NCBI GenBank assembly: GCA_051530055.1
Contig: CM121343.1
Span: 4,930,389-4,994,388, forward strand
Source of the DNA: Neoechinorhynchus agilis
Taxonomy: Eukaryota; Animalia; Acanthocephala
Direction of reading: 5' to 3'
Length of the DNA: 64,000 nt
This document shows, piece after piece, positions 25,823 through 39,177 of the stretch (the first letter of the stretch is position 1; every line of letters starts with the position of its first letter). A program made the translations under genes and the position numbers. The notes beneath the pieces were generated by a model, which did not search any database, had not been told where the DNA came from, and saw nothing but the letters and a program-made list of their open reading frames with translations.

Positions 25823-26488
25823 AACCGTGCGTATGTCCGACTGTAAAGATAAATAAAAATAAATAAAAAAAGATTTCAACGACAACACGGTCGGTCATCA
25901 CCTATTTACATTGGTGGATGTCTATCGATAAAAACACAGCGATCAAAACCTGCATCTACATGTTGTCAGGTTGAGAGAAGTGGGGACGAATATGCCATTT
26001 AAAAATCAATTGATAGGACATACGATTGCTTCCACATTTATGGTTACATGCGTTTGGGATGCTAAAGTCACATTTTAAAACCTTTTATTCGTACAAAGAA
26101 AACTAGGCATTAAATAAAGGTCACATTTATAGCCATAGAAAAGGTTACTTTTTGTTATTGTCAAAAGAGCAACTAACTCGCTCAAAGTCAATGAATGCCG
26201 AAAATGAAGGTATAATCAGTGATGTACATAATTTGTCTTCTTTTAAGAGTAAACACATCCAAAAAAGACATTCTATAACTGTTAAGGAATTATTGCAAAA
26301 TTGGGAAGGGTGAAACTGGGTGGAAGAGTGTTATATAAGCCGCGGATCTAGCGAAAAGTAACCCATGAAATCTTACGGTTCGGAATCTCGAACTGGAACA
26401 CGCTTTTTCAAATATATTATGCCCATTAAACGCAGTACTGATCACGAGCTCACATCGCATTTATTCGTTGGCAAAACAAGCATAATTT

Positions 26489-27261
26489 TTAGTTAAACGT
26501 ATCTTCATTCATTGGATTTAAGCTGTTCGGGATGCGTTTGTGTCTATAAAATACTTTTTGCTCTGCCTTTTCTTTAGCATCTTTCATGATTTGGTGTTTT
26601 CGCTGCAGTTTTATTATGTCATCCATAGAAACCTTCTCCATATTAGAAGGATGTCGCGTTCTCTTTCGACCATCATCCTGAGTAACGATTGTAAAGAATC
26701 AGTAATAATGCATTTTCAAACTTGTTTCTAAAAACGATCAATCGATCTATCAAAATTCAATAGCGTGGACTATGCACATTGTGCCTCGACTTCTTTTAAT
26801 CTTTTATTGATCAAACGATTTAATGTATCGTAAATTCAATAAAGGATCGTGAACGCTTCTTCGCAAACGTACGGCAAAATGTTTTAAGAGAAAAAGACAA
26901 AATACAGACCGTTTGACCAACAAAGGCCACGTTTTCTCCTCTAACAAGGAAAATTCCTCGTTCAACATCATGATATTTATGATCGACTACGAGTCGTTCG
27001 ATTGCATTTATCAACACAAGATTACCTTGGATGAATCTATCAAGATGAGGGGAGATTTATAGAAAAACAAACCGAATTGATCGATATTTTTTAAGATACC
27101 GATAAGCGATCTGTCATCTCTGAGTACAACCATTACTTTCTCTAAAATACCGGATACAACACAGGTCGTCTAAAATTAAACCCACTATTCAGATCTTGAA
27201 TAAGGGATGCCACACCCGGCATGTAGACAGTTCCATCGGCATTCGCTGTTGCCTGCATCAT
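26489..27261 (-). CDS. LSM1: U6 snRNA-associated Sm-like protein LSm1 (4 exons)
   Basis: Spliced by hand: YMPGVASLIQDLN|KKVMVVLRDDRSLIGILKNIDQF|GNLVLINAIERLVVDHKYHDVERGIFLVRGENVAFVG..|..KVSMDDIIKLQ. Confidence 0.9.
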
Positions 27262-27380
27262 TTTATTCTACAAAGGACCATTTTCATGATTTTAGGAGCA
27301 ATCTATTTTTTATTACATGGATATATCTCATTAAAACAATAAACAAGAATTTATTGATTTGAGGAGTTTTGTCGTATCAT

Positions 27381-30300
27381 TCATACTGAAGATATGTCCA
27401 ATTTGGAAGAAGATGATAGAGGCTCCATGGACGGTTCGGCTTCGACGTAACTCAGTGACATTTCATCTTCACGAATTCCATTGATTGCGGATCGAACATT
27501 ATCCACTAGTTCTCTTATAAGTCGTCGAATGCCGATTACGTGAAGAATGTTTATTCCCAAAGAAGGAACGCATGTTGGAAGGGAAGACTCAGATTGATCA
27601 AACCGATTATCCATTGAGAGAGCAACGAAGCATAGGAAAAAACGAGTGATTAAGGAGCACAGAAACACGTCCCGGACGAAATATCGAAAAACGTTGTTTA
27701 CATCCTCATTCTCTTCTATTGCAATCCTTACTTCCCGTTGAAAAGCCTCAACCCGTCTACTTAGATCATCGAATTCATTTTGGGTTAGCTCAACGCTTGT
27801 TCCACCGGGAGAGACCAGACAGCAGAGTGCTTGGATAGGGCAAGACAAGAACATTGTTAATAAATCACCTGTGTTCGCCGACATTGATTGGAACTTACTG
27901 GGAAGATTATTTGGAGATAAAAGTACAAGTATCGGTTGGTTGAAACGATTGATTTCAATGTCTTGAAAGTGCTTAGCCCCTCCGTTGGAACTGTCGATTA
28001 TTAGAACCATTGGTTTCCGAGTAAAAGGAATAAAATCATGTTTGCTTAGTATATGAGGATCTTGTTTAACACTGTTGGATTCACACGATGGACGACGAGT
28101 ATGAGTTAAACGGATATGGTTAGCAAAATCAAAGAATAACAAACATTTCACTGTCCTATTTTCGTTATGCTTTGGCGTTAGGTGCCAAAAGCGCCACTTC
28201 GCATACCGAGGCAAAACTAGAAGTATAACCTGCTGCAACGTCTTAATTAGTCACTGAGTGTCACATTGTCTATGAATTGCCAAAATATTTTGGAGGAAAT
28301 GACTTGTGTGTTCATTTCAACAATCGTCAGTTATCAGTTAAAAAAAATTTAAACTGAAAATAAATGCAGATTAACTCGAGAAATGATCGCCTAGAAGTAT
28401 GATTAAAAGTTGTGTTCTAAACATTTTCAAGAAGTTTAAAAATTAAAATGCGATCCAAAACTTAATTCAAGAATTAGTATAAACATGAGCCAATTCAAAA
28501 AAGCATTAGATACAAAAGTGCTTTGTGACAATAAAAGAACTTCGGATCTAAGATTTCAAGACATGCAAATTATAAAGCACGCCTCACTTCTATTCAAACG
28601 TCGTGGCATATTTAGAAAATGGTAAAAGGTCTACCAAAAGCATTAAGACAAAGCAGCGAAATTTAAATGGAATAAAATGCATTACTAACCATATACCCAA
28701 AGATAAAAGACCACCTCCATCATTCTTGAAAAGGTGACCGAGTGCTGCAATGTAAACAAGTAAGACTCCGTAAGGTTGACAATCCCTGAATGTAGTGGCT
28801 ATGCCAGCTAAAAGGCTAGAAATCGAAGGTTTGTACAGCAGGAGTTTTCTTGGGTTTAATCTGCACTGTGGCGCATCTTCATCTTCAGTGGAGGAAAGTG
28901 TTTTCCTAAATCCGATTTCAGTACCGTCATAAATTTGCGGTGCTCGCTCAATGGTCTGTAGGATCCGGAACATATTAATAGTGAGTTCACTGACTTTAAC
29001 CTGTAAACATAAAATGACTTTCCGAAAAAAACAAGTTAAAATATTTGATTACCTGATCATACAAACAACTCGCAATAACTGCTTGTTCCAGTTTATACAA
29101 TGGTAATGCTGAGCACCTAGCAGCGTAGGCATCATCGAAATGATTTGCCGATATTTCAGAAGATGGCAATCGTAGTCGAAGGGAGCTATCTCTGCTGTCG
29201 GGCATGTCTTTAACTCGGACAATGTTTCGATCACTGTGAACAAACTGCTCGATTTCCTTGGCCAATAGCAACCAATCTCTGGAAGCGGCATCGTCTTCTT
29301 GCAAATACAATGATATTCTCGCCTTCATCTCCTGAAATGACATAAAAAAGTAACGGTCAGCCCGTTTGCAAAGTAGTCATGTTTGTATCGCTTACTCTAA
29401 GCAACGTATCTGCGATGAAATCGTCCTTTCTAAGGAGAAGACAAACAATAATAAATCGCGCATAGTACCGAAGAACTCTCAATTTCAACCCAATGTCTTT
29501 TCCATCACATAATGAGCCGGGCTCGTAGTAGAAACGAGTACGAATAGCCGAATAAAACGAAAACGCCTCCATCAAATAGTTACATTCGCTCGTCCGTAGA
29601 TAATAGTGATAATAAAGTTGTCCTACCTTTGAGGCGATTTCTCCGATTTGGTGCCGCTTTAGGTTACAACAGCGCTCGAGTACATTTCGTTTAAATAGAA
29701 AAATCAATTAGATTTCACCTGAACAACAAAGCGAAAACTCTTACCTATGCACCTGTTGAAACTTCCACAATTGACTAAATACCTGAAACGTCCGTGCGAA
29801 ATAAGGTTCCCATTGTTCAATACCCATTTGAGGCATATCTCTATCATTAAATGTTAAGTATCAAAATAAATCCTTCGAAATGCTATCATTGGAGACGTGA
29901 TTATCATAATCCGGCCCAAAACAGAAACACATTGAAATAAAGGAGAAGCTTCGCCTCATCATCAAGAGAAATTTGTTCGGCGCGAGCCAACGAAAAAAAT
30001 TTAAAAACTTACAAACAATTGAATTGACAATGATCAATTCAATCGGTCGAAATCTATACATTCGTCTTTAATGATCTTCCTCGGGTGTCGTCGACAAGCG
30101 ATCAAAACAATAACAATAGAAAACAACTAAAACCTTTGAATGATTTGGATTATTTTCTTCGAGTGAAAAGATACCTCCTTTTGGCATAAAAACTTGGATT
30201 TAAATTGACTAATTTATCACCGATATTTCACATCGGATAATGGTTGTTTTATATGGATGAACAGTTCAATCTTCAAACATATCGGATAATGCCGACATTT

Positions 30301-30610
30301 TCCCAAGGTTTATTCGGAAATAAATCAATCAATTTTAGACCCACACTGGTATAACTATCAAAAGAAAGTAAAACCTTTTAGATGACTGATGAGGTTTCTT
30401 TTTTCTAAATGTTTTATCCGGCTGGGTATTACGATCAGCCCGTCTCCAAATAAAGGTTAATGTCATTCATGTTCCCATGCGAGCTAACCTTAAGCAATTG
30501 AACAATTGTTTTGATCTTGACAGAAGTTCATTGAACTCCTGAACCGTTAATGCATCGGATGAAGCAATACGAAGATTATCGATCTGTCGATTGCCACTAG
30601 TCCACGTCAT
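27381..30610 (-). CDS. SCAI: Protein SCAI (suppressor of cancer cell invasion); multi-exon
   Basis: EFNELLSRSKQLFNCLR|DMPQMGIEQWEPYFARTFQVFSQLWKFQQ and LKRHQIGEIASKVGQLYYHYYLRTSECNYLMEAFSFYSAIR. Also LRYYARFIIVCLLL and NPRKLLLYKPS. Confidence 0.93.
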
Positions 30611-31186
30611 AAGATCCAATGATTGCTTTGATCACACCAGGAAGCTATTAGTTGGAACGGCAGCAATGCGCCATAAATGGAGGCGTCTTCTTCGGATTGG
30701 GTGCGTGTGTACGATTTAAGCGGCGCTATCTACGTCACTCTGTTTTCTTACGCGTCTGCACACGAGAAGATCAGGCGTGAATAGTTCGCGGCGCAAAGGG
30801 AGCGGGGAAACGCTTTCTACTCCCTTTTAAACATTGAATGCTGGATGGATCAGTCGCGGAGGAACGTATTCTCAAATGAGGGTATCGACAAATCGCTTTG
30901 GTACGTTTCCAATAGGATTTAATGCCATTTGGGTTTCGACAAGGAAAATATTTCAACAAAAACTGACTGGGTTTGACATTCCGTAGTTGTGCTGAGAGGG
31001 TCAAGTGGACTAAAGCTCTTGATCCCAGTTTGTTGGGTCAACTGGTTCGAATCCGTTACCACCAATGACGTACGGAGACGAAAAAGCTCGTTGAAGGGAG
31101 GAGGTATCTGAGAATCCGGAGGAATGCGTGGTTTGGCTTTATGCCTAAAAAATAAGCCGGGTATAAGGGACAAACTAAAAATTTAA

Positions 31187-31410
31187 TATTATTTTGGTGA
31201 TAATAATCCCGGTAATAGCACATTTGATTTATTGGAAATATTTCGCGATAACACGAACTCGAATATTTAAAAACTTAAGCAATGACTGATGAGGCGAGGT
31301 CACCTCGCGAAATATATCCAATAAATCAAATGTGTTATTACCGGGAATATTTTGACCAAAATAATACTTTGACTAATCCGAAGGATTTTTTTATCGATGA
31401 TTAAAAATTT
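31187..31410. repeat. Foldback (inverted-repeat) element related to the 48-49 kb array
   Basis: Arms TATTATTTTGGT..AATAATCCCGGTAATAGCACATTTGATTTATTGG..TCGCGA and TCGCGA..CCAATAAATCAAATGTGTTATTACCGGG..ACCAAAATAATA. Followed by CCGAAGGATTTT..TCGATGATTAAAA as in the array. Confidence 0.85.
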
Positions 31411-31523
31411 AATGATGAAATAATGATAGTTCGAATGCGGTCAATCGACTTGGCACTTCATGAAGAAGCATACTTTCGCCAGGTCGGAATCTGCACAGTT
31501 ATGTCCGCGGACAAACACGTTAT

Positions 31524-31807
31524 CAGCAGCTGAGCTTCGTAAGGTTGCAAAATACGCCGATTTTACAAATTCTCATCATTTTGTCCCCTTCGCAGTGGAA
31601 ACCTTAGGAGCTTTCGGACGTGCGGCGAGGAGTTTTGTTCTCGAACTGGGGCATCGACTGATCAACTCGACCAATGACAGGAGGGCTCGCTCGTTCCTAG
31701 TGCAGAACATATCCTTGGCTATCCAGCGAGGAAACGCAGCGAGTGTCTTGGGGACGGTGAAGGACAATTGAGAATAATATAAGTTAATAAAATCATTTAA
31801 TTTAAAA
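31524..31807 (+). mobile_element. 5'-truncated CRE-clade non-LTR retrotransposon (restriction-like endonuclease end) with target-site duplication
   Basis: AAELRKVAKY..FVPFAVETLGAFG..FLVQNISLAIQRGNAASVLGT. A-rich tail. AAACACGTTAT is repeated at 31513-31523 and 31808-31818. Confidence 0.8.
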
Positions 31808-31879
31808 AAACACGTTATAGTGGTTGCTAAAAAATAGATGTTGTGTATCGATTTCTGCGAGACCTTTATTTGACTTATA

Positions 31880-31955
31880 ATAACACATTTTGTTAAAGAA
31901 GAGGAACCATGTACCTCTGAGTCCTCGTGATCACCTGAACTAGTGAACACTCGAA
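31880..31955 (-). mobile_element. Short 3'-tail fragment of the L2-like LINE family (related fragments at about 32327, 32710-32775 and 37793-37821)
   Basis: Shares ATAATAACAC, AGGA(C/A)CCATGTACCT, TG(G/A)GTC(T/C)TC(A/G)TGA and GAACACTCGA with the tail at 16490-16560. Confidence 0.65.
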
Positions 31956-33049
31956 TACTGACCGGATAAATGAATTTGATTGTCTATTTTGGAGTGGATG
32001 AAGGAAGAAGATGAAGATGACGGTCGACGACGAGAAAGAGGTTGACGACTTTGCTTTCCGCGAAGACTTGCACGATCACAAACCCGTCCACCGGCCACAC
32101 AGGAACGTATTCTCGAATCCGGGGAGTATATAATCACCGTACGGACAAGATTGTTCGATCTCAGATTGAGAATGTTTTTGGTCGACAAAGAGCTTCTAGG
32201 CTTTCCCGTTAGACTTTCGTTAATCGTCAAGCTGGGCTCCTTCTGCAATCGTTCACCTATATTTTTCTATTTTCATCTATCGATTTTATTGTTAACAGAA
32301 GAGCGATTCGTTGTTTTTTGTTTCTTCATGTACCTGAGGCGATATTATCGTATTCTTCATTAACTCGAGCATTCGAGATTTAACGGATTCAGATTGTCCA
32401 AATGGTAACGTTTATGATAATTCGTTGCCGAAGATTTCCGAGGATCACGTAAAGATCCTAGACTGTATGGATGCTCAATTGTACTGGGTTTTCCAGCATC
32501 ACGTCCATTAGAACTAAGCTTCTAATTGCCGAATGGAGTCTTAGTGCGTTTTTGATGTTTCCGTGATTTTCTTACCGGAACGAATCCTATGGACGTGCCC
32601 AACGAAGAACTATCTAAATAAGCCAAGTCTTGAATGGGAACATTCGCTTTAACGTTTGAGACACATAGTCATTGCTTTAGCTGCTTCAATATGCGAATTC
32701 GCAGTTTTAACATAATAATAACATTTTTATTCTTAAAAAATACAAAGAATAGGACCCATGTACCTGTCTGTGATATGCTGGGTTTTTTGAAGCAAGCACC
32801 AGCGCGGTTTCTGGGTAAATGGAATCATCCAAGGCTGATGATTTCACACTCGCGATGCAAATGCTAAGGCTGGGATTAAAAATCCAGATTTTATTTAAAA
32901 ATAAGCTATTTAAAAACGATTGCAAGTTGTCCAAATCCACATGAAGTTTATAAAATAGCTTTCTAAGCTTATTAACAAAGTTTATAAAAAAGAAGGCTCT
33001 GAGTTCCGGGGGTCGGCCACGTGCAAAGAAATATAACCATCAACCCATT

Positions 33050-35600
33050 ATTGGTTTCAATGAGCGATATTAAATTGGTGAGTCAACCAGGAGGTGTCTA
33101 GAACGTTCAATAAAATGGATTTTGTTAAAAGTACTCTTCAAGAAAGAGGTAATAAAAATTCTGTGATTTTTACAACAAACGTCGATACCTAAAATTCTTG
33201 CTTGTCTTTTAATGTTGAAATGTTTAAGGAATGAGGTAGAATTAATTAAATTGATTAGTGAGGTTCTTGCGGTATAAAATTTAATTGGGGGATGTTATAA
33301 GTCTTAACATGAATGATTATCTTTTGGAGTGAAAGACGAATGCGATTTTGCTGATGTTAACGGTTTTAAGGTTGTGGTCTTCAGATTTTACCTGGTTAAA
33401 GGACTCCGACCCTTCATAGTTGGTGCCTACTGTCGTCGTTTTAGAGTGGCCCATTTGAATTCTATTGCCATCCAAGAAAATACCATGTCCTAGAAATATT
33501 TAAGTGAATGTGCAAATGCTATTTTGGAAATCCAGTTCTCCTTTTTTGGTTCACGTATCCTTGAGTCATTTTGTTTACAATAATGTTTGTTGATCTTTAC
33601 TCCATTGATGATATTCTTGACTTTTCTCAAGCGCCATAATTTTGTTTGTTTTACCCTTTCAATCCCTTGAATAAATTGGATGCCATTCTTGTTCTTAGTA
33701 TAATTATTTTGGTACTATGGTTCAAGCAAATATTTAAAAAAAACGACTATAGAAACAATCATTGAGCATCTAGAGTTCATGGACATATTATCTTGTTACT
33801 GCAATATAATTTATCTATTTCTATAATTCAGCACCCGCGATCATATCCTGATTAATGCGACGGCTGAGGTTCCTTCCTTGGCACAATTTCCTTGATTTGA
33901 GGTTGTCATTGCACATCGAATATCTGCCTCCAGGAGTGCCTAAATTTTGATTCTATGGTTGACATTGCGACAAAGCTGTCTCGCATTTGTAGATTGTTGC
34001 GAAGAGCATCAAGGCGCGCTTGCTTTTCTTATACAGAAATAAAAACTTAGGCACGCAGTTGTCAGAACTATTTGGGATCATCATCCTGAAAGTTCGGACT
34101 TCATTGCTAATTCTTCGCCGGAATAGCTTCCTCTGATTAGACTTCGGCGAAACGAAATCGGATATCATTCCACATCTTTCGATGGTGTAATTATCCAAGA
34201 TGTGCCTTTCTTATACAGACCATCTCCAGTTTTTATTCAACCGCAACTTTTTATCTTGCACAATTATTGTCGTCGAACTGGGCCATTGGAAACTCCTTGC
34301 AAATGAAGAAGTTCAGCGAATTCCTTAAATTCTATAATCTTCTCAAATTGTATAATCTGAGTGGTTGGTAAGTAAATTTCGGTTCCGTGGAAAGGTATCA
34401 AAAAACGAATAGTTGAATGTTTTCCTGATAATAAAAGCTTTTAAAGCGGTTTCACAATTTTTAAGGTAAATGAGGATCTAATCAAAAAACTCCGCGGGTT
34501 AATGACAGTTATCATAACGGCAATGTCCTCTTAGTGTTGACCATTAAAAAAGGCCTTGATGGTCTATATTAATGTCTATATTGATGGAGCATTAAAAAAA
34601 GTGCGAGTTCTCGTGTGATTGATACTTACGTTACCAGATTGAATCGACATTTAAATGCGCTACCAATAGATCCTTTTGCACTCAATAACGTGATATCGGC
34701 ATTTTTTGAGAGTTACGCTGCTGGTTCAAGTAACCCACCTCAAAAGCACATAGGATGGATGGGAAGATACACTAAAACTCAAATGTTTTTTATCTCGGTT
34801 GCAGGTTGACCAAAACTAAATCATCTCGTTTACCAGTCCAATTAAAATCTACGGCCAATGAAGTCTTACTCGAGATTGCAGCCAAAATTAAAAGATTACA
34901 GTGTGCTCCTTTCATTAAACGCTTCTTTTAGCTAACTTCTAGGGGAAATTCGGGATAAAGCAATAGAGATCTTTGGATCGCCAAAGCTTTACTACGCGAT
35001 CTGTTGCATCTCGTGAATTATACGGAACGTACTCGAGATAAAAAGGCTTTTAAACGTTCAAAATATTAGACAGAAATAAAAGGTTTGGTTTCGCCGCAGT
35101 ACCCATTCGATTTCAGGTAAAATCGGATCAAGGATTTGATGACCGTGAGTTGGAAAGTTGACGTTCGCCAATTTCGATTTGTTTTAAGATTCCTAGCCAA
35201 GAAGAGGTTTCAGTGAAGTGCAGAACCGCAATTTCAGACGTGTACTAAATTCAGGACATAAATTGTTCCAAAATAATGAACACATCCGCCTATAGACTTG
35301 ATAGCGTTACAATACGATGCCAACCTTGGTGCGAGCTACAATGGTGCATCAATCACGTCAAATTTTGTATGACAGCCAATCAGCCTCCTTCAGGGCAAAT
35401 CCATGGCATCTCCAAGGTTGCTGCTACTTTGGGTGATAGCATCCCATACGCAATTTTTAAGGTTTGCATCAAAGCGATCCATATTCGCAGTTATTTCAAG
35501 ATTGACGAACACTTGCCTGGCCCATACGCCTAAATCATTATTTACGTTGGGATAGTTTCGGTCATCGGTCCCCGACCAAACAGGCTTTTTCGAAATTTAA
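33050..35600 (+). mobile_element. Highly degenerate non-LTR element (APE and RT traces)
   Basis: Scattered motif remnants: PFIVGAY, LDAIL, NLRP, FGFRRST, LGDSIPYAIFKVCI (cf. QGDSLSPLLF) and IIYVGD. Many stops. Confidence 0.35.
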
Positions 35601-35999
35601 ACGAATATTCAAAATGATGAACAATAAAGATGTACATTAAGACAATTTATGGTAATCCGCATTTCTGTGTCATTTATTCACTTCACTTGCATTGGGCGTC
35701 ATTAGTGATTAGAGAAAATGTTAAAAAACCAAAAGACATCCTAAGTGAAAATCTCCCAATACACTGAATTCTGCTCAAAAAGGCAAAGCTCAAGCAGTTT
35801 CTCCCGCCAATATCTTAGATATGCAATCTTGTGTTTTTTCGCAGGTGATAATGGGTTTACCAATCGATATTGTTGGTTCTAGAATATTTGGCTCTTTGTA
35901 AATTATTATTTTAATAAAAAGATAAATTTACAAATCTTTCATTCTGGGAAAGAGAATGCCAAGTGGTTTTAGCTTAATTTTTATTTTATCTAAGAAATA

Positions 36000-37400
36000 C
36001 TGCCAAACTCTTTCCCTACGCCAAAAAAATGGAGGTTCCTCCGGTGAATGTTCTTATTATATTTATCATAAAGGTGGATGCTAGCCTCAATCTTCGGAGT
36101 ATGGATGTAAGATCTGTTAGTTTCAAAAAGAAACCTCGAAGAGAGGAAATATTTAGGCGTCGAGTGATGGAACATTGTAAATCTATGCTCAACACTCCAA
36201 TAAATTTTTTACAATTCAGCGATCCAAAGTCAGGATCATCTTTGAATTTTATTAAGTCTCTTTCGAGAAACGTGTTTACCCATGTTTAAGAGCAGGTTAT
36301 CCTTCGATAAAATATAGTTCATGGTATTTAAGGAGCTTTTAGTCATATTAGTAACTTTCTAAGCCCTTTTGTGGTGAATAAATCAGAACACATCATCCGT
36401 ATATATTGCCGGATAAACGAATTTGTGTTTAGGAAAATCTTTCAGTAAGAACGCCATAACAACCGCGAATAGAGTCGGTGAAAGCGTAAATCCTTAGGTT
36501 CCCCACACTTGTATAAAACTTGCTTTTATTACGAATGATTTTATACAAAAAGGCTTTCGTTTCAACTAAAGATCGAATTTTGGCAATCGACAATGTCAGG
36601 TGCCAACCTATGTACAGCATCGAAAGCTTTCGAGATGTTATGCTGAATCAATAATCTGTATGAACATAACATCTCATTTAATTTGTGTAATTTCAGATTC
36701 ATTCAAGTATTGAGATTATTTTGGATCGCAATAAAGCGGACATCTGACAGGCAAGATATTTTCGTGAGCCTTCCTTTGGGTTGAATAATTTTCTTGGTAA
36801 TATTGATGCTTAGCGCGTCCCTGTGATTTATAAGTTGGTTGAATTTCTTGAAAAACAAAATTGGCTCTACCACTAAAGCATAAGAAGTAGAATGAATCCA
36901 ACAAGAAGCTTTTCGTTGCCAGGAGCGATAGTTCTTGTTCAGAACCATATCCCAAAACTGTTTTTACACAGTTTGTTTTGCGAAGTTTATTTTTGTCTTT
37001 TTCAATGTTCTCTCTCAAAAAATCTGTTTACAAAACGTTAATTGTAATTTTCGTTTCCCTCACAGGCCTGCGATCATTACCTCCTTCATCAATTTATTAG
37101 CACCGAAGATTTAAAAAAATAAAGTTTTGCTGCTTCGCAAACAATGTCGTTAAAATCCCACAGGAAACCTTGACTGCCCCTTTAAGACTGATAAAAATCT
37201 TTTGATTGAAATCGTTAATCTTTTCTCGGTGTACATTACTCTCTCCCGTCTTCAGGATTCGAACGATAGGTGTTAGTATCGTTTTTAGCCATTTTTGCAG
37301 CAGACAACCATCGATAAGGGAACAAAAATTCCTTGTAAAATGCTTGTGGAAAAATAGGCCGACGTGACAATCCAGTAGTCATTTTCATACGTTTCAAAAT
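36000..37400 (-). mobile_element. Degenerate non-LTR reverse transcriptase
   Basis: Minus strand about 36400-36510 reads GT*GFTLSPTLFAVVMAFLL...AIYTDDVF (RT motifs QGxxLSPxLF and YADD). KWLKTILTPI..LKTG occurs upstream. Confidence 0.5.
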
Positions 37401-38533
37401 TAAAAAATGGATTTAAGTTAAAATCGCAGCATTATTTTTAAAAAATGTCTTGCTCTTCCAGACGATATGTAAAAATTATATAAAATTACAAATGGTTTGG
37501 ATTTAAGATCTTTGAAAAGATACTTTAATTTGATTGTTTAAGCAGCAAAATCCTCGTTTTTAATCTCAAATTAAATCACCGGATAAAGTTCCTTCTTTAT
37601 AGTGGTGGTTAAGGAGCCCAGAAATCTACTGATCCGTTTCCTGGTTTAATATAGAGCGGAAGTACAAATGAGATATAGTTGTCCAACTTTTAGGTGTTGA
37701 AAGACCGAACTTTTGGAATGCACAAACGTTTTAATATTATTCGATTCGTTCTTGAAACTTTAAACCGCTTCTTCGTTCGTTTTATTTTGTTTCCCATGTA
37801 CCTCTGGGTCCTCGTGATCACTTTAGAGTTGATGACGGATACGGAGTCCCCTCCGATATTGGTCCTACTTGAACAACATGCTTCAGAAAAAGCTAAGTTT
37901 TGATTGGTGCTAATGTCTTTAAAGTTTTGTATCGATTTAAAGAGGCTTCAAATACATATATTTAGTTTGTCCACTGTTTCGCAAAATTTTCTATTTTCCT
38001 CCATCAAAATGAGAACACGTCTCTTCAAATTGCCACTAGAGCATTCGGTTGTGCGGCTAATCGGTTCTCATTGATTCTTAGATGTGTTCAGGAAAAAATT
38101 AAAGTGCTATAAAACTGCTTTACGGAATCTCTTGCTTGCACATTGATCATTTTCATGCTCTACAGCGCAAATAATGCGTTTTCTGATGCCAGTACCAGAT
38201 CTAGTCGTCCACAACCATCCGGAGCATCTTTGGTGCTGAGTAAATAGTCGTGAATATTTCTACCTTTAGCTCGGAAAATCTACAATAATTGGTGAAAATT
38301 ACTGAAGTATTCGCTTGCAATGTCAACTTTGCTAAGCCGAGATCAAACCTCTAAACTCTCATTTGTCAAGCCTTATTGGTAAATTGAACATCAAAAATGG
38401 CAGCGTTCTAAAAACAAATCCTGAAATTTTATATTTATATTATCGAGTAGATCAACAAATACGTTACGCCTTTGGCGTCCAAAAAATATTAACAAAACGA
38501 CACTTGTTGGTCCTGTTGAAAAGATAATTCATT

Positions 38534-38706
38534 GTTATTTGTCGATAGGAGAAAATAAATGAAATTAAGAATTTAGTGATTTGATATTTCGATCCACTAC
38601 CTCGGATCTTCTTCAGCTAAAAGCAAGATCTGATCCGAAATAGTGGATCGAAATATCAAATCAATAAATTCTTAATTTCATTTATCTTCTCCTATCGACA
38701 AATAAC
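38534..38706. repeat. Near-perfect inverted repeat: 75-bp arms and a 23-nt loop
   Basis: 38534-38608 matches the reverse complement of 38632-38706 at 71 of 75 positions (counted by hand). Confidence 0.95.
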
Positions 38707-39177
38707 TTGTTGGTCCGTTTTCTGGATAAAAGGAAATCGTTGTAATATATTTTTGAAATATATCGATAAAGAGTACACAATTCCTCCCTTATTATTTAAT
38801 AAAAAGTCCTATTTATAAACCCGAAATCCAGGGGGATCTTTTTAGCCCACATATTACATACAACAACACCAGCGGTCTAGCCATCGCCCGTCTCATACGA
38901 AAACAAACAAAATTTTCGTAACAGACGTCCATATCTGAGCCGGGCCCTCCCAAGTCGTTGGATGGATGGCTCGGAACGTCTCACATCATCAACAGCTCGA
39001 TTAGACAAAGTGTTTTCCGCTGCACGCATTTTTCGGCTGTTTTAGTCCTTCCGTGTTAACGGACGCGAAGATTAAGATCATTTGCGCAACATTGTGTGGC
39101 AAAAAAAGTAAGAGACTTTTAGCTTAGGCGCTCGACCCTATTTCCGATAAGCAGTAGCATGACGTCACAGACCTAGG

